DNA of 64,000 bases, from the NCBI GenBank assembly GCA_041560255.1, contig JBFFBT010000001.1, positions 157 through 64,156 on the forward strand, given 5' to 3'. The notes beneath the pieces are model-generated. The model searched no databases. It was not told where the DNA came from and saw only the letters and a program-made list of their open reading frames with translations. The DNA is from Myxococcota bacterium (GTDB lineage Bacteria > Myxococcota > B64-G9). Positions 58,287-64,000 of this stretch are shown one piece after another. How positions within the stretch are numbered: position 1 is the first letter of the stretch; each line of letters starts with the position of its first letter. The position numbers were made by a program, and so were the translations under genes.

Positions 58287-60728
58287 ATGTCGGCCAAGAC
58301 GTCCAGCAACGATGAAAATGCGGTATTGCAGGTTTTTATATTTAAAGAGGGGCAATTTTGGGGCAGCGAATGTTATGCCCAAAATATCATTGTGGTCGGC
58401 AGAAGCTCGGACATCGATCTTGAGCTCGATGAGGATGTTATCTCGCGCAAACATGCTCGGTTGACGATTGAAGATGATGCCATTCGGGTAGAAGACCTGG
58501 ACAGCGCAAACGGAACCTATGTCAACGGCGAGCCGGTGCATGACTGTAAAATAAGCAGCTTGGATGAAGTGTCCATCGGCTCTTTCAACTTGAAATTCAA
58601 ATTGCTCGGAAAGCGCAAATCCAAGCCGAAATTTGACGAGCACACCGTGGTATCCGGGAAGAAGCTGGTTGTGGACGAAGAGTTTACCGAGGTTGTATCT
58701 CCCGAAGAGCTGATGCAGGAGCAGAAAAAATCCAAACAGGCCGAGGAACATAGATTACCTCCGAAAGAATCAGAGTCTCCAATCGGTAGGTTTTTTGGAA
58801 AAAAAGACAAGAGCTCGAAATCCCGCAGGGAGGATTCGTCCAAACCTAGGCCGCAATCCGAACCCAAGCTGCCCGCATTACCCGACGAGAAGGATCCGGC
58901 TATACGACAGAAAGTTGCAAAATCCCAAACGTCACCACCTACATTGCCGGTCGAGCGCATCGAAGCCTTGCCGGTTGTGCCGGCAGAACCGCCCCAACTG
59001 GTATCCCCTTCGGGTACCCGGCAAATCCGCAGGCAGACTGAAGAAGCACCTCTCAAGGTGGAACGTCGCAGCGTGAAATCCGAGGAGTCGGGTTCCGATT
59101 TGAGCCCACCCGGCGGTGCGCAAGCTTCCAGGCAAGCCGGATTGGCCGAGATTCTTTTCGATAAGCATGCTTTAAAGCCGGATGTAACGGGCCGTGAAAT
59201 GGACGCCGATGCTTGGATCGAAGCCGCGGAAGATGATGATGAGGTGTTGGTCGAAGAGTATCAAAAAGACTTTGTAGAGCCTTTTTCTTTGTTGAACAAC
59301 CTTATTCGGGAAAACTTCTCCAAGCCGCATGTAGCCGTGGAAGATGCAATGGTTGTCGAGGTCATCAGTTACAATCGGGACAAGTGTGTATTGGGATATG
59401 ACCAAGTATCGCGAGGGAGCCGTTTCCGGACCGGAAATCCCAAGAAGGAGTTGGCACGCTTCAAACGCTCGGGTGATTGCAGGGTGATCATTACGGATGA
59501 AATGACCGGAGGCATTGTTGCAGGGGGTCGAACCATTAAAGTCGATGATGTCAAGACGCATGACAATCGGATTTCGAAACGGAGAGCCGATCGATATGCA
59601 TATCATTTGAGTCGGGGTGACTATGCCAATATCATTTTGAAAGACGGTGGGGGATATTTCATTCGGTTTACTCAGCCTCCCCGTATTCCGAAACCGGCGC
59701 GGAAGTGGAAACTGGATCCGTTTTCTCTCAAAATCCTCGGCTCGGTTTTTCTGGCCCATTGGATCATGATCGTGATTTTGGGATTGTTCAGCAAGCAAGT
59801 GGTGGCTGCCAACCAGACGGATATTGATCGGTTTGTGAAGTTTGCCGTGAAAGATCTCGCGCTGGAAGTGCAGGAAGAAGAGCCCGAGATCCCTCTGGAT
59901 CAATTGCCGGAGCCCGAAAAACCCGCAGTGGCACCTACGCCCCAAGAAGCGCCGAAGGAGATCAAGGAAGAACCACCCAAACCTTCAAAAGAAGTGAAAA
60001 AGACCCCGCCTCGGTCCAAACGCAGAAACAACCGATCACGACAGCGGGGCGATGGCGGAGGCGGCGCCGACAAGTCGTCCGGCGATGGAGGCGGCGGTGT
60101 GGGCATGATGGCTGCATTGGGTAACCTGTCGCAGAGAAAATCCTCTCAAAATATCGTAGCTGCGGTATCCAACATCGATGCAGTCCGTTCGCCCGGAGGG
60201 CGTTCTCGCTACAAGCTGTCAGGCGTCGTCACCAAGCTTCCGACCTCCAATGTCGTTGTATCCCAGGGCCATGGCGTGGGTGTGAAGGCGGGGGTGGACT
60301 TGTTGCGGGGTGGAAAGGGTCGCGGCGGTTTGGCCGGCTTGGGGCCTGGAGCCATCGGCGGCGGAAAAGCAGGAAAGCGGGCCGTGGGAGGAGTGGTGTT
60401 CGAGGCTCCCAAAAGGCGTATGACGGTGCGGGGTCATCTGAGTCGAGAAGCCATCGCCGAAGTTGTCAAGAAACACCTTCGAGAGATCCAATATTGTTAT
60501 GAAAAAAACCTGCTTCTCAATCCCAAGCTGGCCGGCAAGCTCATCATGGAGTGGACCATCACAACTTCGGGTGCGGTGAGCCTGGTGAAGACGGCCCAAA
60601 GCTCCATGAATTCTCCGGCGGTCGCTTTGTGTATCAGCGGTAAAATTAAACAATGGAAGTTTCCCCAACCCAAAGGTGGTATCGTTGTGGTGACGTATCC
60701 GTTCATTTTCAACTCCATCGGTTTTTGA
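58287..60728 (+). CDS. FHA-domain protein with central TM segment and AgmX/PglI-type TonB-C-like C-terminal domain (GltG/NfsG-like)
   Basis: N-terminal FHA (IIVVGRSSDIDLELDEDVISRKHARLTIEDDAIRVEDLDSANGTYVNGEPV). A TM helix at about residue 500. Gly-rich linker. C-terminal EIQYCYEKNLLLNPKLAGKLIMEWTITTSGAV ... CISGKIKQWKFPQPKGGIVVVTYPFIF matches the AgmX/PglI C-terminal domain pattern. Confidence 0.65.
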   Translation: MSAKTSSNDENAVLQVFIFKEGQFWGSECYAQNIIVVGRSSDIDLELDEDVISRKHARLTIEDDAIRVEDLDSANGTYVNGEPVHDCKISSLDEVSIGSFNLKFKLLGKRKSKPKFDEHTVVSGKKLVVDEEFTEVVSPEELMQEQKKSKQAEEHRLPPKESESPIGRFFGKKDKSSKSRREDSSKPRPQSEPKLPALPDEKDPAIRQKVAKSQTSPPTLPVERIEALPVVPAEPPQLVSPSGTRQIRRQTEEAPLKVERRSVKSEESGSDLSPPGGAQASRQAGLAEILFDKHALKPDVTGREMDADAWIEAAEDDDEVLVEEYQKDFVEPFSLLNNLIRENFSKPHVAVEDAMVVEVISYNRDKCVLGYDQVSRGSRFRTGNPKKELARFKRSGDCRVIITDEMTGGIVAGGRTIKVDDVKTHDNRISKRRADRYAYHLSRGDYANIILKDGGGYFIRFTQPPRIPKPARKWKLDPFSLKILGSVFLAHWIMIVILGLFSKQVVAANQTDIDRFVKFAVKDLALEVQEEEPEIPLDQLPEPEKPAVAPTPQEAPKEIKEEPPKPSKEVKKTPPRSKRRNNRSRQRGDGGGGADKSSGDGGGGVGMMAALGNLSQRKSSQNIVAAVSNIDAVRSPGGRSRYKLSGVVTKLPTSNVVVSQGHGVGVKAGVDLLRGGKGRGGLAGLGPGAIGGGKAGKRAVGGVVFEAPKRRMTVRGHLSREAIAEVVKKHLREIQYCYEKNLLLNPKLAGKLIMEWTITTSGAVSLVKTAQSSMNSPAVALCISGKIKQWKFPQPKGGIVVVTYPFIFNSIGF

Positions 60729-60756
60729 TGGGATACTTTGAGAGAGGGAGGTCCAG

Positions 60757-61443
60757 GTGAGTCCTGTTACCAAGGGCAAGTCCCGATATATATTGGCGCT
60801 GGTTGTTTTTTTGGGATGGTTGGAAGTTTGTCCGGCCTATGCCGAGCAATCCGGTCAGGATTATGGAAAGGTCTACGCCATCCAAGAAAAGCCGTTCATC
60901 ATGAACCATGAAATCAGCTTGTCCATGGCGTTTTTACCCTTGGATGCCTTCTACAAATACATGGTTGTCTCCGGACACTATACCGCGCATTTTGATGATT
61001 TTTGGGCTTGGGAGGTGGTGCATTTGTCCTGGGCCACTTTGGCTCTCGATACGGGATTGAAAAAAGAGCTCAATGACCGATGGGGTATTACCGCCATGGA
61101 TACGCCCCGGCTCGAGTATTTTCTCGACAGCAACCTGATGATCAAACCCTTGACCGGTAAAATGGTTCTTTTTGATGATTGGCTCATCAACATGGAGAGC
61201 TTTGTTTTGGTGGGATTGGGCGCCCAGCGGTTTGAGTCGGGGGCTTGGTATCCTGCCATGGATGCAGGGATTGGAATGCGGGTTTTTATGAGTAATACGT
61301 TGTCTATCCGGGTCGAAGCGCGCGAGTATGTCTACATGGCGGATTCGAAAGTCGACAGTGTTTTGTATTTTGGAGCTTCGCTCTGCTACAACGCTTTTGC
61401 CGGCGAGCAGCGTTTGGGCGAGAGGTTGGAGGTTGGACCATGA
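60757..61443 (+). CDS. outer-membrane beta-barrel protein (GltA/GltB / NfsA/NfsB-like), paralog 1
   Basis: Signal peptide, alternating beta-strand pattern, and a C-terminal aromatic residue. GTG start with SD GGGAGG. Confidence 0.55.
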   Translation: MSPVTKGKSRYILALVVFLGWLEVCPAYAEQSGQDYGKVYAIQEKPFIMNHEISLSMAFLPLDAFYKYMVVSGHYTAHFDDFWAWEVVHLSWATLALDTGLKKELNDRWGITAMDTPRLEYFLDSNLMIKPLTGKMVLFDDWLINMESFVLVGLGAQRFESGAWYPAMDAGIGMRVFMSNTLSIRVEAREYVYMADSKVDSVLYFGASLCYNAFAGEQRLGERLEVGP

Positions 61444-62132
61444 GATCGTCGACTCGGCTGGCTGCCGGAGTGGTGATGTTGATCGGGTGGCTGGGCTCCC
61501 TTGTGACCGCATCCGCCGAGGATCAAGACACCTATCGGGAGGAAAGCGCTTACGGACCCATTCAGGAACATATCTATAAGATGGATCATGAGATATCCAT
61601 CGGATGGGCCTATTTGCCGTTGGATCCTTACTACAAGGGTTACGGAGCTCAATTGGCGTATACCATCCATTTCAATCCGTTCATCGCGCTCGAGTTGTTT
61701 CGAGTGGGTTGGTCATACAACGTGGATACGGAGCTCAAAACCAAAATCATCGATACCGCCCCCGAGGTTTCCTTGGCCGAGTTTCCTGCGGTGGTGTTTT
61801 TTGAAAACACGAATCTATTATTCAAGCTGTTTTACGGTAAGCAATCATTTACCAACCGCACGGTGGTGCATTTTGAAATTTTTGCCACCCTGGGTGCGGC
61901 CTTTCTTTTCCGTAATCCCTATCCGATTTGGGAGGGCGACTTGGACAATGCCCGCTACGAATTTGGGGTCAACGGCGGATTTGGAGTCAGGTTTTGGTTC
62001 AACCCGACTTGGTCGATTCGTATCGATTTGCGCGATACGGTAACCTTGCTTTCTTTGAATCAGGGCGTCGACGATGAAAGCTGGTTGGATAACTCGGCCA
62101 TGATCGGCTTGTCTCTGGCATTCAACCTATGA
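61440..62132 (+). CDS. outer-membrane beta-barrel protein (GltA/GltB / NfsA/NfsB-like), paralog 2
   Basis: Paralogous to the preceding ORF (shared YKMDHEIS.GWAYLPLD.YYK and ...GVNGGFG.RFW.....IR.D motifs). 4-bp ATGA overlap with paralog 1. Confidence 0.55.
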   Translation: MRSSTRLAAGVVMLIGWLGSLVTASAEDQDTYREESAYGPIQEHIYKMDHEISIGWAYLPLDPYYKGYGAQLAYTIHFNPFIALELFRVGWSYNVDTELKTKIIDTAPEVSLAEFPAVVFFENTNLLFKLFYGKQSFTNRTVVHFEIFATLGAAFLFRNPYPIWEGDLDNARYEFGVNGGFGVRFWFNPTWSIRIDLRDTVTLLSLNQGVDDESWLDNSAMIGLSLAFNL

Positions 62133-62144
62133 GGTGATAGCACG

Positions 62145-63701
62145 ATGGGCTCTCAAACGGTGAAATCGTTGGTGGCCGTGGCGATCCTGCTGGTTATGGG
62201 TATTGACGGATCATCAGAGGCGCGCAGGCGAAAAATCATAAGCCGACCCGAGATCGTCGAAACGCAGGATTCGAAGCAAAACGAGCCGGGCGCCGTCAGC
62301 GATATCCAAGGAATTGGGCGGGGTGATACCGCGGTGGGACCGCAGATCTTCGATCGGGGTGTGGAGCTGTTTTACCAGAACAACCATATCAATGCGGCCG
62401 CGTTTCTGTGGGCTTACATGGTGGGCAACCCGCCCGGGGCCGACAGATACGAGTATGCCGAGTTTTTCTTCGCTCGTTGTATGGAGGCGCTGGGATTCAC
62501 CCAGGCGGCCATGGAGTATTATTTCAATGTGGCCAAAAACCGCACCAGTCCGGAATTGTTGCCGGATGCCTTACAGTCCATAGAAAATCTCAGCCGCCGG
62601 GTGCCGATCGATCAGGAAATGATCTATATGGATCTGATCTATGACTCAACGTTTGGGTATCTCAGCGGAGAATTGACGGATTTTGTCGAGTATATTAAAG
62701 GTTGGCTGGATTACCGCAACGGCTCCATCAAATGGGGGCAACGTCATTTCAGCCATATACGACCCGGATCATACTATGATTATAAAGCCAAATATGTGCA
62801 GGCCGTCTACGAGTTGGTCAAGCACAATGACGAAGAAGCGCTGAAATCTTTCGAACAAATCCTCGCGTCGGATGTCGAGCAAACCGATGTGATCAATGCA
62901 TCCCGTCAAAGTATTGCACGGCTTTTGTTCGAGCAGCGCAAATATGAGAAAGCCTATGAAATGTATGAGACCATCGATGCGCCGATTGAAAAACAGGCTT
63001 CGGTGTTTCTCGAAGAAGCTTGGACCAAATATTTCCAGAAGGACTACCGACGGTCCATGGGATTGTTGTATGCGCTCGAAGCGCCGGCGTTTTATCGATA
63101 TTTCAATCCCGAAAAATTTCTCATCAAGGCATTGATCTACCAAAATTTGTGTCATTACAATGTCGCAAAAGACGCTGTTGCGGAGTTTCGCGACGAGTAT
63201 TCCGAGGCAATCGCTTCGATTTATGATCGACTGGATTTGACGCATAATAGCGTCATCTTGGACGCCGCATTGCAGGATCCCTCCATAAAGGAATTGGAGC
63301 AGTTTCAATCCAGATTGGTTACCGAGCTGGGTCGATTGGATGACTTTGAAAAATATTGGATCCAAAATCGCATGCTCGAACATCTCAAAAGAATATACGA
63401 GCTGAAGAGACAACAGGTCGATCAGGCAATCCGGGCACGAATTGAGCCGGCCGTGAGGAAAGTCGCTGAGAGGCTTCTCGAGTACGAAGAACAGATGAAC
63501 ATTCTCGAGTACGAGATAGGTTTGTCCATTTACAAGCGAATTAAAGGAGCTCCTTCCATTGCAACGAAAGAAAAACAAACCATTCCATACTCCGACAAGC
63601 GGGTATACTACGAATTCGATGGTGAGTTTTGGAGCGATGAGCTGCACGACTTGCGGTTTTTCATCGAAGATCGCTGCTTTGGCGAAGAACGTTGGGAGTA
63701 G
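62145..63701 (+). CDS. TPR-like helical repeat protein with signal peptide (GltC/GltE/NfsC-like candidate)
   Basis: N-terminal signal sequence followed by TPR-like repeats throughout. Confidence 0.5.
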   Translation: MGSQTVKSLVAVAILLVMGIDGSSEARRRKIISRPEIVETQDSKQNEPGAVSDIQGIGRGDTAVGPQIFDRGVELFYQNNHINAAAFLWAYMVGNPPGADRYEYAEFFFARCMEALGFTQAAMEYYFNVAKNRTSPELLPDALQSIENLSRRVPIDQEMIYMDLIYDSTFGYLSGELTDFVEYIKGWLDYRNGSIKWGQRHFSHIRPGSYYDYKAKYVQAVYELVKHNDEEALKSFEQILASDVEQTDVINASRQSIARLLFEQRKYEKAYEMYETIDAPIEKQASVFLEEAWTKYFQKDYRRSMGLLYALEAPAFYRYFNPEKFLIKALIYQNLCHYNVAKDAVAEFRDEYSEAIASIYDRLDLTHNSVILDAALQDPSIKELEQFQSRLVTELGRLDDFEKYWIQNRMLEHLKRIYELKRQQVDQAIRARIEPAVRKVAERLLEYEEQMNILEYEIGLSIYKRIKGAPSIATKEKQTIPYSDKRVYYEFDGEFWSDELHDLRFFIEDRCFGEERWE

Positions 63702-63719
63702 GAACAGGTTGGGAAAACC

Positions 63720-64000
63720 ATGAGAACCATACATCATAAAATCGTTGTTGGTATGTTTTTGGTGATCGTATCCCCTTTGGCTTGGAGTTTTTCACTGGTC
63801 GATCAAGCTCAGGAACAAGCCGAATTTGTCGAGGGTCTCAAGCGGGACATCATCAAGGTAGATCACACCATCAATGTGACCAAGGAGCACATTAAAAAGT
63901 CGAAAGGCGCTGTATTTTTACCGGATATCATATTTCGATTGGCGGAGCTGTATGTAGAAAAGTCCCGATTGGTATATTATCTGGCAGTAGAAACCCAAGG
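63720..64000 (+). CDS. partial ORF (5' end only), signal-anchored, TPR-like
   Basis: Start at ATG 63720. N-terminal hydrophobic segment (IVVGMFLVIVSPLAW). Runs off the window end. Confidence 0.35.
   Translation, partial: MRTIHHKIVVGMFLVIVSPLAWSFSLVDQAQEQAEFVEGLKRDIIKVDHTINVTKEHIKKSKGAVFLPDIIFRLAELYVEKSRLVYYLAVETQ

Noticed and set aside
1-64000. CRISPR arrays or rRNA operons
   Set aside because: No regularly spaced short direct repeats and no rRNA-like conserved stretches were seen anywhere in the window.

Overview
High-GC (~57%) bacterial chromosome segment. Gene content points to a sulfate/sulfur-respiring Desulfobacterota-like organism that also carries Myxococcota-like features. Those features are a myxo-type Cys-rich repeat lipoprotein and a gliding-motor (Agl/Glt/Nfs-like) cluster.

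The window holds almost the whole dissimilatory sulfate reduction toolkit in two adjacent loci. (1) On the minus strand: aprB-aprA, two small Cys-rich genes, qmoA-qmoB-qmoC, then sat. (2) On the plus strand, divergent from a LysR regulator: dsrA-dsrB-dsrD, a DsrL-like GltD-family flavoprotein, dsrN (cobyrinic a,c-diamide synthase-like) with an unusual C-terminal extension, a TPR gene, dsrC, a small DsrT-position hypothetical, dsrMKJOP, a CoA-disulfide-reductase/rhodanese fusion, and a multi-domain siroheme synthase.

The middle of the window holds, in order: a secreted Cys-rich/C-type-lectin lipoprotein; a small mobile-element scar (GIY-YIG nuclease plus a frameshifted ISAs1/IS4-like transposase fragment, bracketed by 38-bp direct repeats); a large hypothetical protein; a membrane spermidine-synthase-like/TPR fusion; a 7TM-PAS sensor; a histidine-ammonia-lyase-family enzyme with an atypical ACG in place of the MIO-forming ASG triad; an AraC regulator; a large subtilase with tandemly duplicated C-terminal domains; and a sulfur-trafficking cluster (DUF3343, cysteine desulfurase, TusA, YeeE/YedE).

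The right end holds: a CapA-like lipoprotein; a PilZ protein; a pentapeptide-repeat/glycosyltransferase fusion; an FKBP; and a MotA/TolQ - ExbD - ExbD - TonB-like - FHA/AgmX-C-terminal - 2x OM beta-barrel - TPR cluster that resembles the Myxococcus Agl-Glt/Nfs trans-envelope machinery.

No rRNA, tRNA or CRISPR array was recognised. Many long antisense ORFs in the six-frame track are high-GC artefacts opposite real genes.
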